From: Bryobacteraceae bacterium
GTDB taxonomy: Bacteria; Acidobacteriota; Terriglobia; Bryobacterales; Bryobacteraceae
DNA: 64,000 bases
Reading direction: 5' to 3'
Assembly (NCBI GenBank): GCA_036768595.1
Contig: DAIPMT010000002.1
Coordinates: 1,345 to 65,344, forward strand
Both the position numbers and the translations under genes were made by a program. Below are positions 31,021-40,096 of the stretch, piece after piece; position 1 is the stretch's first letter, and each line of letters begins with the position of its first letter. Under the pieces are notes generated by a model. It was not told the origin of the DNA. It made no database searches and saw only the letters and a program-made list of their open reading frames with translations.

Positions 31021-32250
31021 GCGGTTGCCCTCCACCACCACAATGCCGGTATCGGTGACGTGGTAAAGCTCCCGGTCTTTCTCCAGGTCGAAGCCAATCT
31101 TCGCGTCAGGCAGCACCCGGACATTCTTATCGAGGACCGCCCGGCAGATTTGCGCGCGGCGCCCGATGTCGCAGTTATCGAGAATCAGGGAATCCTCGAC
31201 GCTGGCGCCGCTGTGGACGCGGACGCCGCGAAACAGAATCGAGTTTTTGACCATGCCGCCCGAGAGAATGCAGCCTCCCGAGACAATGGAATCGATCGCC
31301 ACCCCGCGCCGCTGCTCCATATCGAAAGCGAATTTGCCCGGCGGATCGGGATAGCTGGTCGTGCGTAGCGGCCATTGCCGGTTGTAAAGATTCAGTGCCG
31401 GCGAAACGGCGCGCAGGTCCATATTGGCCTCGTAGTAAGCGTCAATAGTGCCGACGTCCCGCCAGTAGACCTTCTGATCCGGCGGCTCGCCCGGAATTTT
31501 GTTCGACTGGTAATCGTAGGCGAACACATGCTGCTGCTGCACCAGTTTGGGCAGGATGTCGCGCCCGAAATCGTGGGAGCTGTCGGGGTTCTCGGCGTCT
31601 TCATACAGCTCCTGCAGCAGCGTGCGCGTGGAGAACACGTAATTGCCCATGGACGCGAACACGTTGGCGGGGTCGCCCGGAATCGTCGGCGCATCCGGGT
31701 TCTTCTCGTGGAAGTTGAGGATGCGTCCCTCAAAATTTGTTTCGATCACGCCGAATTCATGCGCGTGTTTGCGTTCCACGGGAATGGCGGCGACCGTTGC
31801 CGCGGCTTTTTTGATCTCGTGAAACTCCACCATCTGCGCGATGTTCATGCGGTAAATATGGTCCGCGCCGAAGATAGCCACCACGTGCGGGTCAGCCTGT
31901 TCAATCAGATTGATGTTTTGGTAGATGGCGTCCGCCGTGCCCTGATACCACGTCTCCCCGGGAGAACGCATTTGGGCGGGCACCGGGATGATGAACTGAT
32001 TCTTCAGCAAACTGCCGAACTGCCAGCCTTCGCTCAGGTGCTGTAACAAACTCTGACTGCGAAACTGCGTCAGCACGTAGAGCGAATAAATTCCTGAATT
32101 GATGAAATTGCTAAGAACGAAATCGACGATGCGATATTTGCCGCCAAAAGGTACGGCGGGCTTGGCACGCTCTTTCGTCAGAGGATAGAGCCGGGTTCCC
32201 TTACCGCCGGCCAGGACAATTCCGAGTACCCGCAGTCGCATATTTGGCAT
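30988..32250 (-). CDS. glgC: Glucose-1-phosphate adenylyltransferase (paralogue 2)
   Basis: Start moved to ATG 32250 (MPNMRLRVLGIVLAGGKGTRLYPLTKERAKPAVPFGGKYRIVDF). WYQGTADA. LbH C-terminus. Confidence 0.9.
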   Translation of the reverse strand: MPNMRLRVLGIVLAGGKGTRLYPLTKERAKPAVPFGGKYRIVDFVLSNFINSGIYSLYVLTQFRSQSLLQHLSEGWQFGSLLKNQFIIPVPAQMRSPGETWYQGTADAIYQNINLIEQADPHVVAIFGADHIYRMNIAQMVEFHEIKKAAATVAAIPVERKHAHEFGVIETNFEGRILNFHEKNPDAPTIPGDPANVFASMGNYVFSTRTLLQELYEDAENPDSSHDFGRDILPKLVQQQHVFAYDYQSNKIPGEPPDQKVYWRDVGTIDAYYEANMDLRAVSPALNLYNRQWPLRTTSYPDPPGKFAFDMEQRRGVAIDSIVSGGCILSGGMVKNSILFRGVRVHSGASVEDSLILDNCDIGRRAQICRAVLDKNVRVLPDAKIGFDLEKDRELYHVTDTGIVVVEGNRSTVDVSTLLV

Positions 32251-32320
32251 CGCTATTGTATCCGACGCCGCGCCTTCCGGAAGGCTCGTGCGGCACAAGG
32301 CGGTGTGATATGGTGCCGGG

Positions 32321-32650
32321 ATGCACAGGTTATTCTGGTTGCTCCCGCTAATCGGAGGCATCGGCTTGGCCGTCACAGCCCATGAAAAGCTTTCGAACCC
32401 GCGCGTGAAGGTCAGCGAGGTAGTCTACGAGCCCGGTGCCCCGCGCGAACGCTACATCCGGCCCACCGATCAGCTGATCGTGTTTCTGGACGATTGCCGC
32501 TACCAGCGCGTCGACTCCGTCACGGGAGAGAAAACAGTGCGCGAGCGCAAGTCCGGCGAGGTGCTCTGGCATCACAAGGGCGACGATGCCCCGGTGCTGA
32601 TCAATCTGGGCGCGAAACCCTACCGCACGCTGGTGATCGAGCTTAAATGA
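32321..32650 (+). CDS. Small secreted hypothetical protein (possibly cupin-like beta-barrel)
   Basis: 109 aa with signal-like MHRLFWLLPLIGGIGLAVTA. ATGA overlap with the downstream dehydrogenase gene. No recognised motif. Confidence 0.4.
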   Translation: MHRLFWLLPLIGGIGLAVTAHEKLSNPRVKVSEVVYEPGAPRERYIRPTDQLIVFLDDCRYQRVDSVTGEKTVRERKSGEVLWHHKGDDAPVLINLGAKPYRTLVIELK

Positions 32651-33591
32651 GATTCGAAAACGCAGTCGTAATCGGCACCGGAATGATGGGCCCCGGCATT
32701 GCCTTGACTCTGGCGCTCGGCGGGATGAGGGTGACGATCGCCAGCCGCAGTGCCGAAGGCGCGGCGCGGGGCATCGAAACAGCGCGGCGACAGATAGAGG
32801 TGTTGCGGTCGAACGGGCTGATTACAGACGACGCAGCGGCCGCCGGCAGGGCCCGCATCACAGCCGGCGTCGATCTTGAAAATCTAGTACGAGACGCGAA
32901 CTTGGTGATCGAATCGGCGCCCGAAAATATGCAGTTTAAACAAGAGTTGTTCGTCCGCCTGGACGGCCTGACCAGCCCGGACTGCGTGCTGGCCAGCAAT
33001 ACCTCAGGCCTCAGCATCACGGCCGTAGCATCGCGTTGCACCCGGCCGGAGCGCGTCTTGACCGCGCACTTCTGGAACCCGCCACACCTGATGCCGCTAG
33101 TCGAACTGGTCAAAGGAGAACGCACGGCGGACAATGTCGTCGAGGCCGTACGGCAACTGCTGCTGCATTGCGGGAAGGTACCGGTGGTGGTGAAGAAAGA
33201 CCGCCCCGGCCAGCTCGGCAATCGCCTGCAGATGGCGCTGGTGCGCGAAGCCGCCTATATTGTGCAGGAAGGCATCGCGACCGTCGAAGACGTCGACCGC
33301 GCCGCCAAAATGGGCTTTGGCCTGCGTCTTCCGGTATACGGAATCTTCGAGCACCAGGATGCCGTCGGCCTCGACATGGGCCTGCACATTCTCGACTACG
33401 TCGCGCAGGATTTATATAACGAGCCGCGCGCCCCCATGGAATATCGCGGACACGTGGAGCGCGGCGAAACGGGCGCCAAGAGCGGCCGCGGCTTCTACGA
33501 TTGGTCTACCAAAAACCTGGATGAAGTGAAAGCCCTCCGTGACCGCTTTGTGCTCGACGTGGTGCGCGACTACAAGCTGCCGCCGGATTAG
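32647..33591 (+). CDS. 3-hydroxyacyl-CoA dehydrogenase family protein
   Basis: VIGTGMMGPGIA Rossmann motif, SNTSGLSI, HFWNPPHLMPLVE, GFYDW. Confidence 0.85.
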   Translation: MRFENAVVIGTGMMGPGIALTLALGGMRVTIASRSAEGAARGIETARRQIEVLRSNGLITDDAAAAGRARITAGVDLENLVRDANLVIESAPENMQFKQELFVRLDGLTSPDCVLASNTSGLSITAVASRCTRPERVLTAHFWNPPHLMPLVELVKGERTADNVVEAVRQLLLHCGKVPVVVKKDRPGQLGNRLQMALVREAAYIVQEGIATVEDVDRAAKMGFGLRLPVYGIFEHQDAVGLDMGLHILDYVAQDLYNEPRAPMEYRGHVERGETGAKSGRGFYDWSTKNLDEVKALRDRFVLDVVRDYKLPPD

Positions 33592-34538
33592 GCGCACGCC
33601 GCGGCATGCGAGTCGTCCGCGTGATAGGAACTGCGCACCAGCGGCCCGGCTTCCACGTGCGAGAAGCCGATCTCTTGCCCGCGCCGGCGCAACTCGTCGA
33701 ATTCGGCCGGCGGCACGTAGCGGATAATCGGCAGATGCTTGGGCGACGGGCGCAGGTACTGGCCCAGCGTCAGGATGTCGACGCGGTGTGCATGCAGGTC
33801 GCGCATCACCTGCAGCACTTCGTCCTGGGTTTCGCCTAATCCCAACATTAGCCCGGACTTCACTGGCGTCTCGGGCGAGAGTTCCTTCGCATAGCGCAGC
33901 ATCTCGAGCGAGCGTTCGTACCGCGCGCCCAGGCGCACTTGACGATACAGACGCGGCACCGTTTCGGTGTTGTGATTGAGCACGTCGGGCCGCGCCGCCA
34001 TCACCGTCTCCATGGCGGCATGCTTCCCCTGAAAATCGGGCACCAGCACCTCAACCTTGCAACCCGGCACGCGCTCGCGAATCGCGTGGATCACCGCCGC
34101 AAACATTTCAGCCCCGCCGTCTTTACGGTCGTCGCGATTGACGCTGGTGATCACGGCGTAGCGCAGTCCCATGGCCGCCACCGCTTCAGCTACGCGCCGC
34201 GGTTCATCGTGGTCTACCTCGAGCGGTGCGCCTTTCTGGACCGCGCAAAACCCGCAGCGGCGGGTGCACACATTGCCCAGAATCATAAACGTTGCCGTGC
34301 GCCGGTTCCAGCATTCGCCAACGTTAGGGCAAGCCGCGCTTTCGCAGACGGTGTGCAGGTTCAGCGAAGCGATCAGTTCCTTGAGCTCGCGGTAGTTACG
34401 GCCCACCGGAGCCGGAGCGAGCAGCCAATCGGGTCGGTTCGCGCGTGGAGCGATGGTAACAAGCACTACGCTTATTCTAGCGTGCGCAGCCGTGCCAGCC
34501 GGGCTTCCAGCACGTGGTCGGGGCTCATATTGAGCCAC
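33588..34538 (-). CDS. lipA: Lipoyl synthase
   Basis: CESAACPNVGECW and radical-SAM CTRRCGFCAV clusters. C-terminal VRSSYHAD. Start uncertain: the ATG at 34538 overlaps the upstream gene by 67 nt, and an alternative GTG lies at 34466. Confidence 0.9.
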   Translation of the reverse strand: MAQYEPRPRAGSPAGTAAHARISVVLVTIAPRANRPDWLLAPAPVGRNYRELKELIASLNLHTVCESAACPNVGECWNRRTATFMILGNVCTRRCGFCAVQKGAPLEVDHDEPRRVAEAVAAMGLRYAVITSVNRDDRKDGGAEMFAAVIHAIRERVPGCKVEVLVPDFQGKHAAMETVMAARPDVLNHNTETVPRLYRQVRLGARYERSLEMLRYAKELSPETPVKSGLMLGLGETQDEVLQVMRDLHAHRVDILTLGQYLRPSPKHLPIIRYVPPAEFDELRRRGQEIGFSHVEAGPLVRSSYHADDSHAAACA

Positions 34539-35368
34539 CGCAGGTCGTGGCCGGAAGACAAATCCAGGGCCCGTGCCGGAATCAATCCGATGAGTTCGCT
34601 GCCGGCAACGCCAATGCCAAGCCGCGCGGCGTGCTGGACCACGGCCTCAAATACTACGTGCAGCGGCGTCTGCTCAAAATCCACCAGGTTGATCGACACC
34701 TGCACCCGCCGCCGCGACCGCAGTTCCAGCCCCATCGCTTTAACGGCCGGCAGACCGCCGCTCGACGTACGAATTTTGCGGGCAATCTCGCGCGCGGCGG
34801 CCAGGTTCTCCGAATCCAGAATAATGTTCCAGGCGATCAGAAATTTTCTGGCGCCTACGGCCGCGATGCCCGCCGTAGGGTGCCGGTCGTCGCCAATATC
34901 GGGAAGTCCGCCGAACCCGGAGCGCCGCAAATTTTCAAGTCGTACGCGCTCGGGATGCCGGGCGGCCGCTTCGTAGAGGTAACTAGGGATGCGAAAGCGC
35001 TCCCACAATGCTGTCGCGCAGCGCTCCGCCAGCCGCGCGCAGTCTTCCAGTGTGACGCCGTGCAGGGGCACGAACGGAATCACGTCGGCGGCTCCGATGC
35101 GCGGGTGAACGCCAGCGTGTTGGCGCAGATCGATCAGGCGCGCGGCACAACCGGCGGCCCGCACCGCAGCCTCGCAAGTTGGTTCAGGCCGCCCCGCAAA
35201 GGTGAACACCGATCGGTGGTGATCGTAATCGCTCGAGCTGTCGAGCAGCGTCACGCCCGCTACCCCTGCAATAGCGGCCGCAATTTCGCCCACGGCCGCC
35301 GGGTCTCGGCCCTCTGAAAAATTGGGCACGCACTCGACCAGAGGCTCTCCGCGTTCACCAGCTGACAT
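34472..35368 (-). CDS. Glutamate formimidoyltransferase (FTCD N-terminal type)
   Basis: 298 aa. ECVPNFSEGRD, HPRIGAADVIPFVP, GARKFLIAWN. Confidence 0.85.
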   Translation of the reverse strand: MSAGERGEPLVECVPNFSEGRDPAAVGEIAAAIAGVAGVTLLDSSSDYDHHRSVFTFAGRPEPTCEAAVRAAGCAARLIDLRQHAGVHPRIGAADVIPFVPLHGVTLEDCARLAERCATALWERFRIPSYLYEAAARHPERVRLENLRRSGFGGLPDIGDDRHPTAGIAAVGARKFLIAWNIILDSENLAAAREIARKIRTSSGGLPAVKAMGLELRSRRRVQVSINLVDFEQTPLHVVFEAVVQHAARLGIGVAGSELIGLIPARALDLSSGHDLRWLNMSPDHVLEARLARLRTLE

Positions 35369-36599
35369 CCGCCTCCCGGGAAACCACTTTGCCCGCCTTC
35401 ACCATCAGGTGCACTGCATTGACGCCGGGGCGCGCGAAGAGTTCGCGGTAATCACTCACATTCAAAAGTATGAAGTCGGCCCGTTTGCCGGGCTCCAGCG
35501 ATCCGGCTTCCGCCCCCGCGCCCTGATTGTAGGCGGCGTTGATGGTAGCGGCCGAGAGTGCCTCGGCAGGATGCAAACGCATGGCGGTCACCGCCAGATA
35601 GAGGGCGTGCTGCATGCTGTAGGTCCCGCTCGCGGACGGACGGAAACCCGTCGCGAGAGCGATGGCCGCGCCCTCCTCGACTAGCGCGCGGGCTACCTCG
35701 GGGCGCTCGCTCGTGGACATATCCGGCTGCGGACAGGTGAGCAGCGCCATGGTCGAAGCCAACGCCACCTGGCGTATTTGAGCGGGCCCCAAACGATTCA
35801 AGCGGCTCACGGACGTGGCTCGCGCCTCAAGGCCCAGACGAACTCCGTCGCGCGGGTCGAGAGCATCGCACAGAACTTTGATACCTAGCCCCGTGGCTCG
35901 GGAGGCATCCAGAATCCGCCGCAGGTGCGGATTGTTCACGTCCCCAGGTCCGGCGATCACGGCGACAAAGCGGGCCAGTTTCTTCCGGGAGACAGCCGGC
36001 AGAATATCTTTGCTGACCTGTTCCAGCATGTGCTGCCGGGACTTGCCTGGAGTGGCTACGAAGGTGGACCTTACGGTGATCGGCTGCCGGTCGACGCTGG
36101 CATGGATGCGAAGCGCCTTTAACGACCCCGAGGCATCCATCGCGATGCCTGATAAGACCTCGACTTGCCCCGTGCCGTGTCGCGCCATGCGCTCCAGCAG
36201 CACCCGCGCCTGTGCCGAAATGCGCTGCGAGGACTTGCTCGATATATTGCGGGCGACAGCGCTCCAGTTTTCGTAAAAGTGTTCCGACGGGAGTGGAACG
36301 GCATCTTCTGCCGCCTCCTGCGCCGGACCAGTCGGCGAGAGCAGTTGCACTTCGCTGTCGATCAAAGCCGGCATCACCACCCGGCCCGAGGCATCAATGT
36401 TGATGGCCCGGCGCGCTGCCGCCAGGTTCTCAATGCGGCGCGTGGGGCCCACGTCCACAATCAGATCGTCGCGGATCAGAAGCGCCCCGTCGGCTACAAG
36501 GCCCAACTCGCGCAATGCCGGCCCGCGCCGCGGACCAGTACTGCCACGCAAAGTGATCAGTTGCCGGGCCGAGCGCACAAATAGCCACTTCTCGGTCAT
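35355..36599 (-). CDS. Imidazolonepropionase (HutI)-like amidohydrolase-fold protein lacking the metal ligands (probable pseudoenzyme)
   Basis: ATG 36599 preferred over TTG 36632. Collinear with HutI, but HxH reads SEV (PALIDSEVQLL), GLKIHAD reads GIKVLCD, SADHL reads SVSRL and LATDFNPG reads LATGFRPS. Confidence 0.7.
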   Translation of the reverse strand: MTEKWLFVRSARQLITLRGSTGPRRGPALRELGLVADGALLIRDDLIVDVGPTRRIENLAAARRAINIDASGRVVMPALIDSEVQLLSPTGPAQEAAEDAVPLPSEHFYENWSAVARNISSKSSQRISAQARVLLERMARHGTGQVEVLSGIAMDASGSLKALRIHASVDRQPITVRSTFVATPGKSRQHMLEQVSKDILPAVSRKKLARFVAVIAGPGDVNNPHLRRILDASRATGLGIKVLCDALDPRDGVRLGLEARATSVSRLNRLGPAQIRQVALASTMALLTCPQPDMSTSERPEVARALVEEGAAIALATGFRPSASGTYSMQHALYLAVTAMRLHPAEALSAATINAAYNQGAGAEAGSLEPGKRADFILLNVSDYRELFARPGVNAVHLMVKAGKVVSREADVSW

Positions 36600-36640
36600 G
36601 TTGACCAGACCGGACCGGCGACCATGTACCAAGAATTCAT

Positions 36641-38929
36641 TTATTCTTTTATGATCTTCGACAGGCCCTTCACGCGGGCTTTAAGTTCTTCAGTCGCCTC
36701 GGCGATCTGAGTCGTGTCATAAATCACGCGCGGTGTCAGAAACACAATCAGTTCCGTGCGTTCTTTGTGGAAGTTCTTGTTGCCGAACGCATTGCCCAAC
36801 ACCGGTATTCGGTGCAGGAACGGAATCCCGGACGAGCCTTGAGTGTACGTCTCCTGGATGATGCCGCCGATCGCCACAGTGTCGCCATCCTCCACCGTCA
36901 CCTGCGTGCTCACGTCGCGATGCGAGAACGATGGCGATTCGATGGTGCTGGTGGTGTTGGGCTGCGGCGCGCTGACTTCCTGATCGATGACCATGGTCAC
37001 GACGCCGCTGGCATTCACCCGCGCCAGGATATTAAGCGAGACGCCGGTACTGCGCGTCGCGATCGATTGCGTGAACTGCGACGTGCCGCCGCTGGTCAGC
37101 CCGGGGTCGACCGCCTGCGCCGCCAGCGTCGGTACATCGCTGCCGACCGTGATAGCCGCCGGTATACTATCGGTGGCGATTACGGCCGGCGCGGAGATCA
37201 CTTTCGTGCGGCCTTCTTTCTCCTGCGCCGTAAGAAAGCCGAGCAACTCGCGGCTATGCCCGACCAGCGCGCCGGCTGTCAGCAAAACACCGGGATTGAA
37301 CTGCAGGTTAGAAGACCCTTCCACTTTGCGGTTCGCCCCAGTGCGCTGCTGAACCAACGCTTCCACGCCGCTGGCGAGGTCGCCCGTGAGATCCACTTCA
37401 TAAACCTTAGCCTCAATCAGCACTTGGCGCGGAGCCACATCCAGGGTCTCGAGCAGCTTCGAGATCTGTTCCCACTGTTCCGGCGTGCCCTGCACCAGCA
37501 GCGTGTTGTCAAAAGGATTCGGAACAATGCGCGGAGCCAGCGCTTGGCCGCCGGAGCCCCCCGTCATGCCAAGAAACGTGCCGGTCTGATCCGTCGTAGC
37601 GACTGCCGCTCCGGCTGAACCCGCAACTTGCCCAGCAGCGGCTGACCCGAACGGCGAGCCCGCCGGAGCAGCCGCGGCTACCGGTGCACCGGCGTATTGC
37701 GGTGCGGCGCCCGCAGTGTTGTAAGCGCTATTGCCATAGGCTCCATAACCCTGCTGCCCGTAGCCCTGTTGTCCGTAACCCTGCTGCCCATAACCCTGTT
37801 GACCGTAGCCCTGTTGCCCGTAGCCCTGTTGCCCGTAACCGCCGCCGCCGAATAGCCCGCCGCCACCGCCGTTGAAACCGCCGCCGACACTGCTGTTGCG
37901 GAAAGCGCCGCCAAATCCTTGTGGATAGGCGCTCCCGAATCCGGCGCCCCCTAACGGCGCGGGCAAGCCATACAGTTGGCTGACGACATTGCCCAGAATT
38001 TCCGCTCGCCCATACTTCAAACGATAAACGTGATTATCAATCGAGCCTGCCGTAATGCGAACCGGCACATCCAGCTTCTTCACCCACCGGTCTACCTCCT
38101 CGAAACTGCCGGGATTCGGCGCCAAAGCCAGCAGCGTTCCAATCCGGTCCAGTGGCAGAAATCGCACTGCCGTCGCTTTATCTGAAAATGCGTAGGCTTT
38201 GAAGATCTTGTCCAGATCCTTAGCCAGATCGCTCGGCCGCGCGTTGGCAATGCTGTAAGTTCGCACGCGCTCACCGGCCAGGTTCTGGCTATCGAACATG
38301 TTGATCAGGTCCACGGTGCGCTTCATATTGCGCGAGTTGTCCTGAATGATCAGCAGGTTCGCCGGATCGTACGATACCATCTTGAAGCCTTCGCCCATGA
38401 ACGGTTCCAGCAGTTTAGCCATCTCGCTGGAAGTCACATACTTCAGAAAAACCAGATTCAGGACCATCCGTTCATCGTCCGGAAAATCCTTGGCATTGGC
38501 CTGCGGTTCCACCGGCAGCCGCGACGCCTGGTCCGCTGGCACGATGCGGTAGAGATTGCCCACCTGCACCATACTGAAGTTATTCATCCGCAGAATCGTC
38601 TCGAGCAGATTACGCAGATCGAGTGCGCGGATCTCGCCGTAAGTATTGACCGTAACCGTGCCCTTTACCTTCGGATCCAGGATGTAGTTAATGTGCAGAT
38701 CACGCGCCAGAATGTCGATCACTTCCGTCAGCGACGCGTTGGTAAGATTCAGGCCGCCGGGGATGGTCACCGGTTGTGTCGCCACCGGAGGCGGGGTCGG
38801 CTGCGGGGTCGCCACTGTGGGCGTCGGACCCTGCGTCGGCGGAACGGGAGCCTGAGCCAGGCACAATGCCGCGGCGGCGAACGCGGCCCCGGCGGCCGTC
38901 ATTTGGGTTAAGCGCGGATTCAATCGCAT
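36641..38929 (-). CDS. gspD: Type II secretion system secretin GspD with internal low-complexity insert
   Basis: 762 aa. Signal peptide, N0/N1-type domains ([15 protein letters not shown]...), secretin core ([10 protein letters not shown]...[15 protein letters not shown]...[11 protein letters not shown]). Last gene of the gsp cluster. Confidence 0.9.
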   Translation of the reverse strand: MRLNPRLTQMTAAGAAFAAAALCLAQAPVPPTQGPTPTVATPQPTPPPVATQPVTIPGGLNLTNASLTEVIDILARDLHINYILDPKVKGTVTVNTYGEIRALDLRNLLETILRMNNFSMVQVGNLYRIVPADQASRLPVEPQANAKDFPDDERMVLNLVFLKYVTSSEMAKLLEPFMGEGFKMVSYDPANLLIIQDNSRNMKRTVDLINMFDSQNLAGERVRTYSIANARPSDLAKDLDKIFKAYAFSDKATAVRFLPLDRIGTLLALAPNPGSFEEVDRWVKKLDVPVRITAGSIDNHVYRLKYGRAEILGNVVSQLYGLPAPLGGAGFGSAYPQGFGGAFRNSSVGGGFNGGGGGLFGGGGYGQQGYGQQGYGQQGYGQQGYGQQGYGQQGYGAYGNSAYNTAGAAPQYAGAPVAAAAPAGSPFGSAAAGQVAGSAGAAVATTDQTGTFLGMTGGSGGQALAPRIVPNPFDNTLLVQGTPEQWEQISKLLETLDVAPRQVLIEAKVYEVDLTGDLASGVEALVQQRTGANRKVEGSSNLQFNPGVLLTAGALVGHSRELLGFLTAQEKEGRTKVISAPAVIATDSIPAAITVGSDVPTLAAQAVDPGLTSGGTSQFTQSIATRSTGVSLNILARVNASGVVTMVIDQEVSAPQPNTTSTIESPSFSHRDVSTQVTVEDGDTVAIGGIIQETYTQGSSGIPFLHRIPVLGNAFGNKNFHKERTELIVFLTPRVIYDTTQIAEATEELKARVKGLSKIIKE
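37742..37840 (-). repeat. Imperfect 15-bp tandem repeat (6.6 units) encoding (GYGQQ)6-GYG inside gspD
   Basis: The minus strand reads ggttacgggcaacag / ggctacgggcaacag / ggctacggtcaacag / ggttatgggcagcag / ggttacggacaacag / ggctacgggcagcag / ggttatgga. The units differ only at synonymous positions. Confidence 0.9.
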
Positions 38930-38937
38930 GCTCCGGC

Positions 38938-39336
38938 TTATTTCTTAAAGCGATCCCAGATCGCCTGCTCTTCAGGAGTCAATTCAGTCTTCTTCTTCTG
39001 CCAGTGCGAAACGCCAAAAGGTCCGGTGCGCTCAAACTGGACCGAGTCGCCGGCATCCTTCGCGCTCACCCGCGTCTCATGCGCGGGATCCGGAGCCACT
39101 ACGGGCTCGGGAGCCTTGTAGGCCGCCTTGGTGATGCCGAAAGGAGTCTCGCGGTAGATCCAGACCTTGCCTTTCGAATCCACCACGCGATAGCCATCGT
39201 CGGTTTTGACCGCGCCTTTCGGAATCGTAATCGGCTTCACGCTTTTCGCAGCGCCGTGCCTGGGCTCCGCGCCCGTCTGCGCCGATGCTGCGCCGAGCGT
39301 CAGAGCCGCCACGCCAATCAGTAGAACAGTCTTCAT
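38938..39336 (-). CDS. Secreted hypothetical protein between the gspC-like gene and gspD
   Basis: ATG 39336 preceded by a GAGGAG SD. Signal peptide [19 protein letters not shown] with no lipobox Cys. No recognised domain. Confidence 0.5.
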   Translation of the reverse strand: MKTVLLIGVAALTLGAASAQTGAEPRHGAAKSVKPITIPKGAVKTDDGYRVVDSKGKVWIYRETPFGITKAAYKAPEPVVAPDPAHETRVSAKDAGDSVQFERTGPFGVSHWQKKKTELTPEEQAIWDRFKK

Positions 39337-39362
39337 GAGATCTCCTCTTTCCATTCCGAAAA

Positions 39363-40088
39363 TTACTTGATCGTCTCCCAATGGCACACGTTGCCGAAGG
39401 GGGTTGCTGTCGAAATCTTGCGCATGCCGTCCACCACGGCGCCGTTGGGCGTGGTATCGCCCGGCTGGCAGGCGCGAATATCGGCCGTCATCTGCACTCC
39501 GGGCGTTCCCATTTTTCCAGACGGCGGGGCCACATTCGTTACGCTCGCCGGTGCTGCCGCCGGAGCCACACTCGCCGCCGTTGCCGCTGCCGTCGCCGAC
39601 GGACCGTTGCTGCGGTCGATCATGTCGTTGATGTCTTTAGTAATGGTCTTGTCTTCCCACTGCAGCGTGATCTGTTTCGTAGTCAGGTCCGAAATCTTGA
39701 ATTCCCCAACCGTTTCGCCCTTGCGATAACCCTTCGATCCTTTGCCTGGCGCTTCGCTCAGCAACGCCACCGGCCCGCTGGGCAGCCCCATCACGCCGTA
39801 AAGAAGCGGCAGCGGCGGCATCGGCTTGGGCGGTTTAACTTCCACCGGCGGCAGAATAATGGTGGGATTGCGATCCTTCGAGAACAGCATCTTTTCGGCG
39901 ATCTCGCTATATCCCGCGGCCGTCACGGGCGACGGCTTCACCGCGGCCAGCGGCGCTGGTACCGCAGGCGGCGGAACTTTCTTCTGCAGCACCTGCGCCT
40001 GATGCGCCTGCGCCGATTGCCACTGTTGGCGCAGCTGCCAGATAGCCGCGCCCAGCAGCACGACCAACCCGAAATTTAACCACAGCAT
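39363..40088 (-). CDS. T2SS-associated bitopic protein, GspC/PilP-like
   Basis: ATG 40088. N-terminal TM MLWLNFGLVVLLGAAIW, Pro-rich linker, then a segment LLYGVMGLPSGPVALLSEAPGKGSKGYRKGETVGEFKISDLTTKQITLQWEDK that resembles the GspC HR/PilP beta-domain. C-terminal two-Cys region in place of a PDZ. Confidence 0.45.
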   Translation of the reverse strand: MLWLNFGLVVLLGAAIWQLRQQWQSAQAHQAQVLQKKVPPPAVPAPLAAVKPSPVTAAGYSEIAEKMLFSKDRNPTIILPPVEVKPPKPMPPLPLLYGVMGLPSGPVALLSEAPGKGSKGYRKGETVGEFKISDLTTKQITLQWEDKTITKDINDMIDRSNGPSATAAATAASVAPAAAPASVTNVAPPSGKMGTPGVQMTADIRACQPGDTTPNGAVVDGMRKISTATPFGNVCHWETIK

Positions 40089-40096
40089 CTTGCGAT

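Noticed and set aside
32245-32260. Sigma-54-like element TGGCAT-N5-TTGT upstream of the small secreted-protein/dehydrogenase pair. An rpoN gene is present in the window.
   Set aside because: The -12 element lacks the conserved GC (TTGT rather than TTGC). The match coincides with the start codon region of glgC paralogue 2 on the other strand (ATGCCAAAT). No enhancer-binding protein gene is nearby.
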